A stretch of 64,000 bases of DNA. Source: Macrostomum lignano. Its lineage: Eukaryota. The DNA lies in contig NIVC01000012.1 in NCBI GenBank assembly GCA_002269645.1, positions 1,178,001 to 1,242,000 on the forward strand, read 5' to 3'. Shown in pieces: positions 11,900 through 25,673 of the stretch; within the stretch, counting starts at the first letter, position 1, and each line of letters opens with the position of its first letter. The notes below the pieces were generated by a model. The model ran no database searches. It was given only the letters and a program-made list of their open reading frames with translations, and was not told where the DNA came from. Made by a program: the position numbers and the translations under genes.

Positions 11900-12850
11900 A
11901 TTGAGATTCCATGGGGTAGAATTGAGATTCCATGGGGTAGAATTGAGATTCCATGGGGTAGAATTGAGATTCCATGGGGTAGAATTGAGATTTTATGGGG
12001 TAGAATTGAGATTCCATGGGGTAGAATTGAGATTGTAGGGGGTGAGATTCCATGGGGTAGAATTGAGATTCTATGGGGTAGAATTGAGATTCCATGGGGT
12101 AGAATTGAGATTGTAGGGGGTGAGATTCCATGGGGTAGAATTGAGATTCCATGGGGTAGAATTGAGATTCTATGGGGTAGAATTGAGACTCCATGGGGTA
12201 GAATTGAGATTCCATGGGGTAGAATTGAGATTCCATGGGGTAGAATTGAGATTCCATGGGGTAGAATTGAGATTTTATGGGGTAGAATTGAGATTCCATG
12301 GGGTAGAATTGAGATTCCATGGGGTAGAATTGAGATTTTATGGGGTAGAATTGAGATTCTATGGGGTAGAATTGAGATTCTATGGGGTAGAATTGAAATA
12401 CCATGGGGTAGAATTGAGATTTTATGGGGTAGAATTGAGATTCCATGGGGTAGAATTGAGATTGTAGGGGTGAGATTCCATGGGGTAGAATTGAGATTCC
12501 ATGGGGTAGAATTGAGATTCTATGGGGTAGAATTGAGATTCTATGGGGTAGAATTGAGATTCCATGGGGTAGAATTGAGATTCTATGGGGTAGAATTGAG
12601 ATTCTATGGGGTGAGACTCCATGGGGTAGAATTGAGATTCCATGGGGTAAAATTGAGATTCTATGGGGTGAGATTCCATGGGGTAGAATTGAGATAGTAT
12701 GGGGTAGAATTGAGATTCTATTGGGTAGAATTGAGATACTATGGGGTAGAATTGAGATTCTATGGGGTAGAATTGAGATTCCATGGGGTAGAATTGAGAT
12801 TCCATGGGGTAGAATTGAGATTCCATGGGGTAGAATTGAGATTCCATGGG
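11900..12850. repeat. 21-bp minisatellite (gagattccatggggtagaatt), ~45 copies
   Basis: Tandem units with occasional deletion variants; source of the MESQFYP pseudo-ORFs. Confidence 0.97.
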
Positions 12851-12955
12851 ATAAAATTGCCTCAGAGCTGGTTGTGCGGCGATGTCGCCGTAGACGTTTT
12901 GCCGGGGCGCCAATTATTTTCTACCTGTAAAAAAATCCAGTCACGTGACTATCGC

Positions 12956-15900
12956 TCAGCGCAGACCCGCTGGCGGGCTCCACAGTTGTCTGTCGGTCGT
13001 ATCCGAGGTCATGTGCAACCCCGCACGGCAGCCGGCAACCAGCAAGTTGATGCCTTCTTTTCCAGCGTGGCCGTACCTGCATGGTTGTTTGGTTTAAAAC
13101 AAAATAGAAAATTAAAAAAACGGCCCTTTTTGGGCACTTGGAAAATTTCAGACACTACTGTCTCATTTGTGGATTCAATGATTAGGCTAAATAAAATATT
13201 TTGACTAAAACGGCTCTTTCTGGGCACTTGGAAAATATCAGATACTACTGTCTCATTTGTGGTTTCAATGATTAGGCTAAATATTCGAACTAAAACGGCT
13301 ATTTCTGGGCACTTGGAAAATTTTAGATGCTACTGTCTGTTTTGTAGGTTTAATGATTAAGCTAAATATTTTTATGAAAACGGCCCTTTTCAGGCACAAA
13401 GACTGTCGAGATTCAACAGTCCCTTATAAGAGTACACAGTTGGCAATAACGTAACACGTGAACTTTTGTTTTTCAAGTGTCTTGAGTACAGCCTACTTAA
13501 CCTGAGCCAAGTCAACAAATACCTGCTGACGAAGGCGTGCAGCAGCAGGCTGGAGTAGCTCGGCCTCCCGCCGCAGCAGGACAGGCACCGGAGCCCCAGA
13601 TCTCCGCCAGCCGGTGCCAGCCTCTCGAAACCGCCGCGTCGTTGATATTCATCGACTGCGCGCGTCAGACAGCGAAGGTCGCGCGGCGTCAGCGGACCGT
13701 CTAGCAGGCGTGGCAGGCGCCGGCGCCAGCTGGGCGCGCAAAAGAAGGCGCGTTTTGCGCGCTCGTCGTCGGCAAGGCGAGAAGACGAATGGCTGGGCGA
13801 TGAGGGCGGCGCGGCTGCCACGGTTCTGGGGGCGCCGCTGGTCGAGGGTCTTCCAGTTGGTGGCAGGCCTGCGAATACAATGAGAATCGCCTTTACCCAA
13901 ATGAGAATCGCCTTTACCCAAATGAGAATCGCCTCTACCCAAATGAGAATCGCCTCTACCCAAATGAGAATCGCCTCTACCAAAATGAGAATCGCCTTTA
14001 CCCAAATGAGAATCGCCTCTACCCAAATGAGAATCGCCTCTACCCAAATGAGAATCGCCTCTACCAAAATGAGAATCGCCTCTACCCAAATGAGAATCGC
14101 CTCTACCCAAATGAGAATCGCCTCAACCAAAATGAGAATCGCCTCAACTAAAATGAGAATCGCCTCAACCAAAATGAGAATCGCCTCAACCAAAATGAGA
14201 ATCGCCTTTACCCAAATGAGAATCGCCTCTACCCAAATGAGAATCGCCTTTACCAAAATGAGAATCGCCTCAACCAGAATGAGAATCGCCTTAACCAAAA
14301 TGAGAATCGCCTTTACCCAAATGAGAATCGCCTTTACCAAAATGAGAATCACCTCAACCAGAATGAGAATCGCCTCAACCAAAATGAGAATCGCCTCAAC
14401 CAAAATGAGAATCGCCTCAACCAGAATGAGAATCGCCTTAACCAAAATGAGAATCGCCTTTACCCAAATGAGAATCGCCTTTACCAAAATGAGAATCACC
14501 TCAACCAGAATGAGAATCGCCTCAACCAAAATGAGAATCGCCTCAACCAAAATGAGAATCGCCTCAACCAAAATGAGAATCGCCTTTACTAAAATGAGAA
14601 TCGCCTCAACCAAAATGAGAATCGCCTCTACCAAAATGAGAATCGTCTTTACCAAAATGAGAATCGCCTCTACCCAAATGAGAATCGCCTCTACCCAAAT
14701 GAGAATCGCCTCTACCCAAATGATAATCGCCCTTGTCAAAGAGAGAATCGTCCTAACTTAGGCAGATCGTCTGGACACATTTAACTGCGAGCAGAATTGC
14801 AGTAGCCACCCACCAATGTCCAACTCGGCAGCAGGTCCAGCAGGTGACTTCTCTTTGCCGCCGCTGCCGCCTTCATCGCTGTCATAGTCGTCGCTGTCGA
14901 AGCTGCTGAGCTCCGGGTCCTGCGCGCCTGGCGGCAGTCGGAACCCGGCGAGCCGCAACGCGTCCGCAATGACCGCATCCTTGATGCGGTTGTCCAGCTG
15001 TGTATCCGTGTTCAACGAAGGCGACACATTCACCTGGCGATGTGAAAGGGCGTCGAAATGGTTCAGCAAAAAGCGGTGGTCAAATGTACTTATTTTGAGG
15101 ATGGGGCTTATGGGTCTTGTAACTTTTGGGAGGGCCTGTGTAGAGTGTTCTACCTTCCTCAAAAAAGTGATAAAATTGTTAACGCGCTACTTACATAGTA
15201 GTAAGACAAGTAGCATGTATAAGAATAAGCGTTGAACCATATATATTTTTTAATCAACCAATCAAAAGAGAGAAAACTCGGGCATGTTATTTTTAGCAAC
15301 CCACCAATCATGCGTGACCTACAATTGTCAGTTCAAACCCCATCTGCGATTCATCATTGGTCACGTGGGACCTACATTTGTCAGTTCAAACCCCACCTAC
15401 AATTCATCATTCGGCTTGCACCCGGATGAACCAATCAAAGGTATCTAAAAATAGCTCAGCTACGGTAACCAATCACGCGCGCTTACACTAGACTAGTTGC
15501 TTAACTTTCTACCCTGTCCGGCTTGACAGCAACCAAGGCGTGACCTTTTGACATTTACGAAAAAGTGATGGACTACCTCGAGAGAGGTCCATTTGCCTAT
15601 AAATACAAGTGGTCCGAAGCGGACCAGGAGCCAACTCCCGACGACTGGAGGAGCTCCGAAGAGGAAGCTTTAGGAAGACTTCCTGATCACCAAGTCAATC
15701 GAGACTCGGTCAAGTTGTTGCGGTAAGCCTTGATCATTTGCGCCCGTTGTTTGAGTCGACTCACTATTGTGATAGTGTTAGAGTCTATTGAGACTCTGGA
15801 GTCCATTTGTGACTCCATTGGCCGTAGTCGCCCGAAGGACTACCCGGAGCAATACCTAGAGTGCAGGGAGGCACTACTAGAAGGAGAAGGCTTTAGTGAA

Positions 15901-18900
15901 ACCGCAGTTCGGCGCAGGGTACCCATTGTTGATACGAGGCCTCTGATTGGTCCTGACTGCAGACACCGGCCGGAAACAACTTCAGCGGAAGCAAAAAAAG
16001 ATACAGGACCAGATCGACCGATTCTAGACGTCTACACTTCCTGAAGGACAGGAACGCAACAGATTGCGAGAACAACTCATTGGACGAAAACTACAAGGAG
16101 ATCTCTCAAACCGGACTCAAGGTAACAGATACCTTCATTTGATAACTGGGTTGCCTAGCAAAGTAGCTAGAAGTGATTGTTCCTTGATTACTAAGTAGGT
16201 CTTGGTAGTAAGGAACACATCGCCTGAGTAAAATCGGTGTCACCTAACGCTTGAGAGAAGCCTGTTCAAACCCACCAAAAGGGGAACTGTTTTAATGGGG
16301 AACATTGCCAATTGACCTATAACATTATCAACCTTTATTGCTGGCAGTCAATTGTCGTAGAATTGACTTCTGACAATAAAGCACTTAGAGAGCCAGATAA
16401 ATACGCTTGTAGAAACACATACGAGATACGAAAGTCATGAGTTTCATACTGGAGTTACTTGGTTACTTGCTTGTCTCCGCTGTCTACTAAGAACCTTGCG
16501 CTCGTACGAATTACGAGTATCTCCCTTTTAAAATCCTAAACACAAAATAAACTGAACTTAAGGTGACGTTAAAGAAATACTAAGGCTCGTTCACACCGCC
16601 ATCAAATGAGGTCAAATTTCGTGTGGTGACACAACCTGTACATCAAATTCGATTCCTTTGTACGTACAATTGTCGTAGGATTTGATTGCTCATTTGATGG
16701 CAGTGTGAATGAGCCTTAACTCTCTTTGATCGTCCGGAACTTTACACTCTGCGCCTTGAAAGGTTGATGCTCACGGGTGTCAATTTCGCGAACGCCAAAT
16801 TAATGTGACGTAACGGCATTCTGGCGCAGGAATCGGACTAATTGCACCTAGAAATTTACGTAACTAACGTTTATTTACGAAATTTAATGTACCACGTCTA
16901 TAGTAGAAATGATTTTGCTAGCATATTTGAACAGTCAATTTAATTCAAATAGCCAACCTCAAGCAGCCAGGGCCGCAGGTCTTCATCCAAGAGTATGTCA
17001 AATCCGAATAGTTCGTGAGCGCAGCAGGACCGTCTGCAGAGCAGCCGCACCTGATTGGCTATGTGAGCCTGGCCGCTGAGCAGAGCTTTGAGCACAACCA
17101 GTTTCACAGATTCCCACACAGCCAGAGGGTTACGACCCTCTGAACGCAGCCTAGTCCACAGTGCCTGTAGGCTCCATTTGTGACCCGAACCGTCCTGCTG
17201 TGATGGTCGATAGGTTCGACTGTGCTTGTTAACGCTGTAGTTCGTCAGGTGAGCGAATCGATTGCCAGGATCTGATGCGTCATATTGAGAACTGGCGAAA
17301 CGGACCAGACCCTGCGGAATGGTACGCTTGTATTGAAAATTGGAAGGTTTACATCGTAAAGACCGTAAAGTACGAGTAATGTATAATCAGAAACATTGAA
17401 AAGTCGCCACTCGAGAAAACTGGTCGGGGCAGCTTTAATCCGTCCAATCCTTACACACCGCTCCCCCACTTCATTCCTCAACTAAGTCTACCGCAGCGTA
17501 ACTAAGTTGCGTCACTGGCAAAGATTGAGAGACTACCTGCACTCTCAAAAGTGGCGACCACAGACGGAATCTTCTGTGATGGCGACTTTTCGATGCTGCT
17601 GAGTATATAAGCATAAGTTTGGCATATACATAGATGTGAAGTTTTAAAGCCCTATTAGCTTACCAACTCGTGCACGTAGGCTCTCAACGGGTCAAATGAG
17701 GTCACATAGACGTACACCCTCAGATCGAATTTATTGCCGTCGATAAGATAGGGACGATTAATGTATTCCTGCAGTTTGAGCAATGAAAAATGTTTTTGAA
17801 GCCATAATTAAAGCAAAGATGCAAATTCTTTGACTCGTATATCATTACTACTTACAACTCGTTTAAAATTTGATGTCCCTTTTTTCTACGAGCTCTAGCT
17901 AATTAATAAATTATGGTTGCATGGTTGGATATTTTAGTTGGATCAATTAATTTTAAAATTCAAGTCGTCACAACTGATACAACGGTAACTACTAGTGGTC
18001 CTTGTATCTCTCTGCATCTTTGCCTATCTAACCTGCGCATCTCTATCTCGTTTCTGATTAGCTGTGGTTTTCTCCCCGTCTCTACTCTCTCTCTCTCTCT
18101 CTCCGGGATCACGCTCACGAAGGCGCATTAGTATGCCTGTGGAAGTATGAGACAGGCTAGGCCGATGGGCCTATGACCTTCACAGGTCACGGTTGCTTTG
18201 CCAGGCACTGTTTCCTCCGAGGCGTCCACCGGAGCGAACTCTGCCTCTTCTGCAACCTCGAAAATGAAGATGCCAAGCACTTCATCTGCTAATGTCCGGC
18301 CTTCAATCGAGACTGGCTCCACTACCTCGGGCCCAACCCGTCCCTGGACGACGCCTGCCGGTCCGAGAACATCCCACGGCTCATCCGGTTCCTCCGGGCT
18401 ACCAAACGAGCCTCCGTTTTCCCCGGCGAAGACAACGCTGCAGACAGGACCGGCAGACCTCCCTGACCGCCCCCCCCCCTGCGCCCTAGCCTATGCGGGC
18501 TCTTCAGGGATTAGCGGAATGGGCGACGCTCGCCTCCCCGCTGCGTCTTCGGACCGCCCTGCAGCTAAATCAAGTAAGTCAAGTCTCCAAGATCACCGAC
18601 CTGAATCAGGGCGGACCTCCTCTTCGGCACCTGGTGCCACTTGTTCAGCAGGCGGATGCCCTGACCCCGGCAACTGGCCGGCGGCTTCAAAATCCACATT
18701 GGCGATCCGGAACAGTCCAGATTGGCGTCCGACGCGGAGCCAGACGAGAACGAGGAAGTGGAAGACACCGAAGACGCGGAGGCCGCCGATATTGAAGTGT
18801 CCAAATTCGATGCCGCCGCTTCCCAGGCCTGTCGAAGCGCCAGCAAGTCGTCCGGCAGGCAGTACGTGGCCGGCGCGATGTCGAAAAAATCGCCGTATTT

Positions 18901-20365
18901 GACGCGAAACCGGCGAAGTCCCTGCCAGAGTCGATCTTTGCGGCCAAGAGTGAAACTGCCGGGGAAGTGATTCACCTGCAATAATTTAATTAAATTGCGT
19001 TCCCATTCAAAACCGACAATATAGGATCGGGACGCATTTAGTAAGCAGTTTCTCGAATCGCTGCATTACCTTTTGATATTCTCGAATCGCGCTAAACTCA
19101 GCGGGTTTCATGTGCCGACCAAAATAGCCAAGCCATTCGTCAGATTCTGAAGCGAATGAAGTTTAGGCTAGAATGGCACATGCATACATATGTCTAATGT
19201 TTTATCGTTTATTATTCATATTTAATTATATCGAATTCAGTTTCAAAAGCCACTCACCAACACAATCAAACTCATCCCCAGGACCCGTCTCTGAAGTTTG
19301 TAAATCAACGTTAAATGTAGCTGCGAATGTAGAAATCAATGTGGAGGGCGCTAAACCCGCTAGAGTTTAATTCCTGTGCGGCAAAAATTTGATTTTGAGC
19401 AAGCGGTGCGATTCACGCACAAATGAGGGCCAATCCACAAAAAGTGGCTTAGCAAGGGTTTTTATTGCAGGGTGGGGGTTTAACTTTGGGGGCACCATTG
19501 ATTGGTACAGAATCAGAGGCGTCACATTGGGAAATTCAAGGCCGCTCTTGTGAGTGTGTTGCTTACGTATGCATACAGTATGAATTCGCGTACGTGCTCA
19601 GGGGTCAGCAGAATGGACACGACTGCTTGTCACAAAGGAATTGCTGCTGACTGTGGGTTTTCGGGCAAAAGCTACATGTATATAACTTGCCAGTGAAGCA
19701 TGGGAAAGATTCGTAGACGAACGGCAAAGTTGGATGTAAACAAAGCTACATTAGTATACGCGGCGACATACTGGGCAGAAACTTGAATCCACTCCGAGCC
19801 ACAACGCGCCTGACAACGCCAGGAGTAGCCGGACTCAGCCGCCACTTCAGCAGCTGGCGTCGGGTCCGTTCCAGCACCGGCGAGCTGGCCGGCTCTAAGA
19901 ATTCGCCTTCGGCGGCGAAATTCAACGCCGCAGGTACGCCGGGGAACAGCGATGGCAGCAGGGCGGGCTGACGCTTGCGACGGCTAGCTGCGGTCGGCTT
20001 CTTTGTTTTGCTTGCAGTCGTCGAGTTTTGCCCAGTAGCTGGTGAAGATTTCGGACGTGGCGTCGGCGGTGTTGGCGTCGGCGGTGTTGGCGTCGACGGT
20101 CGAGGCGGTTGCCGAGGAACATCGACTGTTTCTTTCTTGTCGACGTCGCTGTCAGATGCTGAAGACGTTGATGCTGAAGACGAGGACGAGCTTCGCCCTA
20201 CCGATCGCTGCGTCAATCGAACTGAGGCAGTTTGAGCTCGAATTATGTTGACGCTGTTTGTCTTTGATAGCTCGTCTTGCCGGTGGTTACTCAAGTTCGA
20301 ATCTTTAGCTCCGGGGTCAGTAACTGCTGTGGCGCAACTGTGGACAGAGAACAAATTCGTTTAAG

Positions 20366-20398
<33 letters not shown>

Positions 20399-22649
20399 TG
20401 ATTACACCTGCCCCAATAGGCAGATGTGCAACCTGTCATGCCGCAGCCCTGCACTCGCTTGTTTTTGCTAAACGGGGTGCCTAGCAGTGTGGGGTGCTCA
20501 AGCACTGTACTTAGTTTGTGTACACTGTACCCCTGGCTTTCCTCCCCCTTTTTTTGCCTGTTATGCCTACGCGGCCGCACGTGATTGGTCGAGACCTAAA
20601 GCCAAAAAATATATATCGGCGCTCTCGCCCTACTTGGAGGGCCAAGCGTTTTCGCACTGCAAAATTGAGACTGACTTCTGAGTCATTACACAACCGACAG
20701 CTCAGCTGCAGCTATTGAAGGCTGCGTACGGCTATTCAGTCCAAGGACTGGGGGGGGGGGGGGGGTTCGGTCGCCACTCACACCCTCAATTACCTCAGCT
20801 AATGCTGGCACCCATTTTACAGCTGGGTGAACTGAAGCAATGCAGAGTTGAGTGTCTTGCTCAAGGACACATGTTCCAGTGGGATCGAGAATTGAACCCC
20901 GAGCTTTAAGTCGTGAGTCCAACACTCTTACCACTGGGCTACGGACAAACACGTCATACAGACGTCAGATTGCTGTTCCATGTCGTGAACTTGATTGAGC
21001 CAGGTAATCTTTCATTGAAATAAACTTTTATTAAGTTGGGGTAGCCAATGTTTATCGATGCTTTTATTTTATTTAATGCGTTACACGACCTGCTGTTGTG
21101 GACGGCGCAGGGTGCGCGGAGACGATGAGGCCAGGGGTGAACAACGCTCTACCCCGAGCTGCTTCTGGGGATGCAACCGCCCCGGTTCTGACTCTGACTG
21201 GGGAGGGAGGGGCTGAATTTTGAGATGTGCGGATACCCCCTCTCTGTGGCCGGCGCGAGGTGTATTTTGTTGTTGTTTTATTTTAATTGCACTTTAAGCA
21301 CAGTATTGGCTCTACTCTATGAATTAGAGCCTATTGAACTAACGCTTAATGCCAAAACTTATTATTGCCTGTATAAGCAATAGCCTCATTTTTAGCTAGT
21401 ATGGATAATTCTATTAAAAATCAGCACTAAGAGCAGTCATTTTAGCGCCACAAACACTCATTTTGGTGCCGCAGGCCCTTATTTTAGCGTCGCAGGCACT
21501 CATTTTAGCGCTACAGCACTCATTTAACGGGTCGCAAGGTTGGGTGGGGGGACAAAGAATGGGCATTCCCCCCCAAAGCTTTTACTGGGGGGGGGTATGT
21601 TCTCCCCCCCCCCCGGTGGCGACGCCCCTGGAAGCTATAGCATGTGTGAAAGAAGGTACTTTTTTGTACTTGGTGGTACTCGGAGTTACTTCTTTGATCT
21701 ATGGTGTAGATACTAAAGTAAGGCCACTCCCTTATAGTGGCGTCATCTACTAGTTTACCAACTCTTTATTAAAGAGTACATATTTCTTAAGTGCATGGAA
21801 CCGAATGATGCTAAAATAAACAACTTCAAGGTCGTACTTCATTGAAGCCGGTTCTTCGGATGAATTTTTACCACTGAGCGAGTCACTTGGCTGCAAAGAT
21901 TGCAGCTCGGATGGACTAGCTGATTTCACAGCTGGAGAAGTTATCGACGGCTGTTGCGTTGCCGTCTCAACTGAGGAACTGAGCACTGTCTGCAGCTCTG
22001 TAGTCTGATGAGGCAGCTTTGCCGGCTTCTCCAATGAACGAGCAACTTCTGCACCGTTCAATTGTTGCTGAGCAGTTGACTGTATTGTCGAATGCTGCTG
22101 GACTGATAAATCTTGCATCAACTTCGATTGAATAGATGGGGTTGTCGGAAGTTTTGCAGCGCTACTGGCCGGAGATGGCGCTGGCTGAGTCAAAGCTTGA
22201 TTAACACCGCCAGAGCCACCTGCGGCCGCTGCTCGATATCGCAGAGTCGAGTGATTTGCGCCGGCTGTTCGCGGCCTTCGCAGTCCCACGGCGCTCGATG
22301 ATCCGCGCGTGCCAGTTCGAGCAATCGAAGTTGATAATGACGACGAATAATTGCCGAGGTGCTGCAGACCGGCTGCGGCCAGGGCCTGGTCCCAATTGCG
22401 ATCCTCCATGGTGCTCTGTCTGCGCATAAAAGCGTTTATACTCTGCATTGGTGGCGGAGCCGGAGGCACAGCAGATGAAGCCTGCTGAGCCTGCAGCTGG
22501 GCCAGCGATACTGGCAGCCGAATGTCGATCCGCTGCGGCCGCGGTGGAGCTGTGCTGGGATCCAACAGTCCCGAACTCGTGCGCCACATTCGTCCAGAGA
22601 CTGGACGGTGCTGCTGCTGGCCAGACAGACTGTCTGGGGAGTTAAACAT
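12956..22649 (-). CDS. TTLL4: Tubulin polyglutamylase, TTLL4-like (~991 aa, 9 exons)
   Basis: Phase-consistent GT-AG exons: 22649-21838, 20337-19772, 19146-19070, 18975-18601, 17768-17664, 17311-16958, 15033-14814, 13868-13523, 13076-12956 (2976 nt). Motifs: [112 protein letters not shown]. Confidence 0.92.
13116..13390. repeat. ~88-bp tandem repeat, 3 copies, in the last TTLL4 intron
   Basis: aaaacggc..tt.tgggcacttggaaaa...actactgtc...caatgatta.gctaaata recurs three times. Confidence 0.8.
13879..14757. repeat. 21-bp minisatellite (aaatgagaatcgcctctaccc), ~42 copies, filling TTLL4 intron 7
   Basis: Tandem units lying between the exon-7 donor (14813) and exon-8 acceptor (13869). Confidence 0.97.
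16583..16716. mobile_element. MITE, 134 bp, 28-bp TIRs, TA target duplication
   Basis: Left aggctcgttcacaccgccatcaaatgag versus reverse complement of the right end aggctcattcacactgccatcaaatgag (2 mismatches), flanked by TA on both sides. Superfamily not determined. Confidence 0.8.
20690..20946 (-). mobile_element. tRNA-derived SINE with a CORE/Meta-like central domain
   Basis: Minus strand: A-box tagcccagtggt and B-box ggttcaattct, then tgtgtccttgagcaagacactcaac...cttcagttcacccagctgtaaaatggg, which resembles the conserved SINE core. Confidence 0.75.
21445..21630. repeat. Copy 1 of a dispersed non-autonomous element (second copy at ~33090-33305)
   Basis: Both loci share cactcatttt(a/g)gcgcc subrepeats, gggtggggggacaaa...gcttttactggggggg and an ending gtggcgacgc.cctg. 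Confidence 0.6.
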
Positions 22650-23210
22650 TTGGTCCGGCTAGCCAAGCGTTTTAGCTAACTCTACTATAAAAGAGACAAT
22701 ACTAGCAAAAGAAGTGCCAATTTGCAATGCTTTATTATATCTCAGCTGAGCATGTCGGACCACTTATTTGGCTCATACCGGTTTTTCTCACTCTCGCCTG
22801 CTGCCGGGCTATTTATTCGATTGTAAGAAGACAGACAGACCCTGCGGGGCTTGCCTACTAGTCCTACTTATGAAGTAGACGCATTTTAAGCCATGCACAA
22901 GCGCACAATTCCAAGGCGAAAATCTGCCTCATTGTATACGCTCAGTATGTTTGAGTAGTCTTCTCAGTAAATTTTATTTGCATACCTAAGAGCCAGCATC
23001 TTAAACGAACTATGCAAAAATACAGAAGCATAAAAAGCCAGCCCCTGCTGCGAGTTTAAATCAAATTTGCACATCTGAAGTACAATTTTTTCTTCATTTC
23101 AAGGCATTTCTTAGAGATTCGTGCACCGAATTTCACAATCTACAAATTGTGTTCCCTGTTAGCATTAGAAATACTAAGCCATTTTTCTGCCCATCGAACT
23201 ACCTGGGGGG

Positions 23211-23918
23211 AGGCACACGAAACTCTAGAACACGGACTAACTTTTTGTTGCGCACCTTCTCAAACAAGAATAAAGTCGCCAAACCTCCGGACCGTTGAGA
23301 TTTAAAGCGCCAATGTATTCAGTACACCCTTGTGCCCCAATCAGCCCTGCGCCTCAGTGCAGCCTTGCTAAGCATCCAAACTTCATCAGCACGTCGACCA
23401 AATGCGTCTGCATCAGCTCTGACTTCGTTGGTCAATGGCCTTCACTCAGGTGGAGTTAACAGATGGCGCCAGGTGACAAGTAAAATTACAATTTGACGAT
23501 CAAATACAATTGTCGAGTGTGCAATAATAGATATCATAAATTGCGCTAATTTTCCTTTGTTTTTTATTGCAATAGTATTGTGTACGCCTGGTGTCACCTG
23601 TTGAAGGTGCCGACGGCGTCGGGGTGATGACAGAATGCTTGAGAGTCCAACAGTTAAGGCTTGATCAACTAAACTAGACAAATTCGCTACACGGTGTCCA
23701 TATTCAAGCCTGGGCGAAGGCCAGTAACCATAACGAAGTCAGAGCTGATGCAGACATGTGCTCGACGTGCTGATGACGTTTGGAGGCTCGGCAAGGCCGC
23801 ACTGAGGCGCAGTGCTGATTGGCTCACAGGGATGTACTGAATACACTGGCGCTTGTGGGAAAAACCTGACCTTACGGCAGAATCGTTCAACGTGCACAAC
23901 AAAATTTTTTGTGTGCCT
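23211..23918. mobile_element. Foldback/MITE-like element with ~210-240-bp imperfect inverted arms
   Basis: 23211-23450 matches the reverse complement of 23709-23918 (e.g. gtctgcatcagctctgacttcg / cgaagtcagagctgatgcagac), with a ~260-bp spacer. No clear TSD. Confidence 0.75.
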
Positions 23919-25673
23919 GCGTTGCTCCTTTCCAGCGAAGCAAAAAAATAATCAAGGGGGGTTCTCCCCTCCCCTTGGTAATTCTACTGTTAATTAATGC
24001 TAGATGAATCTTAAGAATTGTCACTACAGAGCCCCTGGCAATTACTTCTTGTTTTATAATCCAGCAAAAAAACACTACTTACAGTAGCCCATCAAGAAAA
24101 TTAAAAACATTTACATATCTTGTAGGTCTGTGAAAACTTACATTTTCAAAAATTTTGAGTTTTTCCCCAAATTCACAAAGTATTATAAGTTAAAAAATTG
24201 AAGACAAAGAGAAAATCATATAAACTATTTTGATTAGAACCATTCCTACATAATAAAATATCTATGAATATCTATAAACCAAAAACAAATATATACTTTA
24301 TTGAAATGATTGTATATTTTCAATACAATTTTGATGCTAGTAAGCAATGGAAGCAGCAACAAGAAATGTGACAGATATCTTGTAACAAGAAACTAGTTAT
24401 TATCAACATTATTTCATGATAAGTGCATGCTGCCAGTGCATTGAATTTTTAAAGTTTTGATTTGAACAGAATGTCCAATATATATCAAGATTGATTCATT
24501 CTAGGTTGATAAATAAATAAAGAAGTGAATTGTAAAAAAGGTATTTTTATCTTTCCTACAAAAACAAAATAATATTTCTTATTGTCTTTGAACTCAACTT
24601 CTTTTATCAACTTTGCCAAGCCAGCTTGAGTTCACTTGCTTACAAAGGTATGTCCAATATGACCTGAAAATGGTGAAAAAGTATATTAATTTTCAAAAAT
24701 GGCATATTTACATAAGCAATGTTTTGCTTGAATAGAAAAATATATTCAGACCCAGATTAATCAACATTTAACAAGCATTTCATTTGAAAGCACCCTTAGT
24801 TATATAAGGTCCATCAAATTTTAATGCTTGTAATTTCAAATTTACGCAGTGGACTTGTCATCATGTTAATTATTTCTCAGCTTTATAAAAGTACGAATCC
24901 AAAATTGACAAGTAAATATTTAATTTGACATTCAACAAAGAATGAAAATTCAACAATAAAAATATAAAAGAGACATACAATACAAATAAGTTACAAACAA
25001 AAAGTCACAATAAGTTGATGTCAGTTTTGTACAAATGTAATGAAATACAATAGCCATGACTTATAGAGCTTGACCATGGCATCATAAATAGCCATGAATT
25101 TATAAGCTTTGGTTTGGCAAAGTGGCTTAGTAAGCAGGTCTCAGTTTTTGTAATAATAATTTTATTTTTTTATGTTCAAAACCCATGGACTATTGCCATT
25201 AAATCAGATGATTTGCTAAACATTAGTCAAACAGATAATAATAGATGCCTATATTTTGTAAAATGACATTAAATTTGTATAAGATCTGTGGAGTATATAG
25301 AACTAGAATTTTGACACACAGCTTTTTTACAGCTTTCTTCTATCTATATGGTTCAATAGTTACAAGTGCTTAAAATTCAAAAACATGATAGGACCCTATT
25401 GTGGAATGATTCTGGTATTTAACATTTTAAAATTATAATGTACAGTGAATAAAAATGGCTTCATTTAATTTAATGTTGAGTTTTGTTTAAATGTAAAAAA
25501 AATTGCCATGTCACTATTCCCTTTTTAAAATTTGTTATTTTTACAATGTGCTATGCTTTTTATTTCCTATATTATGATTTGTTGCTACCTTTGCCCTTGT
25601 GTTCTACATAAACAACTCTTACTGAATAGATCAATTATATAAGTAATCAATCGTAATATAAATATATATAATA

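Noticed and set aside
10428-14761. Repeat-derived ORFs (PSPP/EGR, MESQFYP, RFHGVEL, ILILVEA, MRIASTK)
   Set aside because: Stop-free frames of minisatellites. The 449-aa ORF only joins TTLL4 exon 8 because the intron repeat lacks stops, and a stop at 14758 blocks read-through from exon 7.
18100-18560. GC-rich stretch in TTLL4 intron 4 with short ORFs, next to a (CT)n run
   Set aside because: No recognisable domain or element ends; probably a TE fragment but unsupported.
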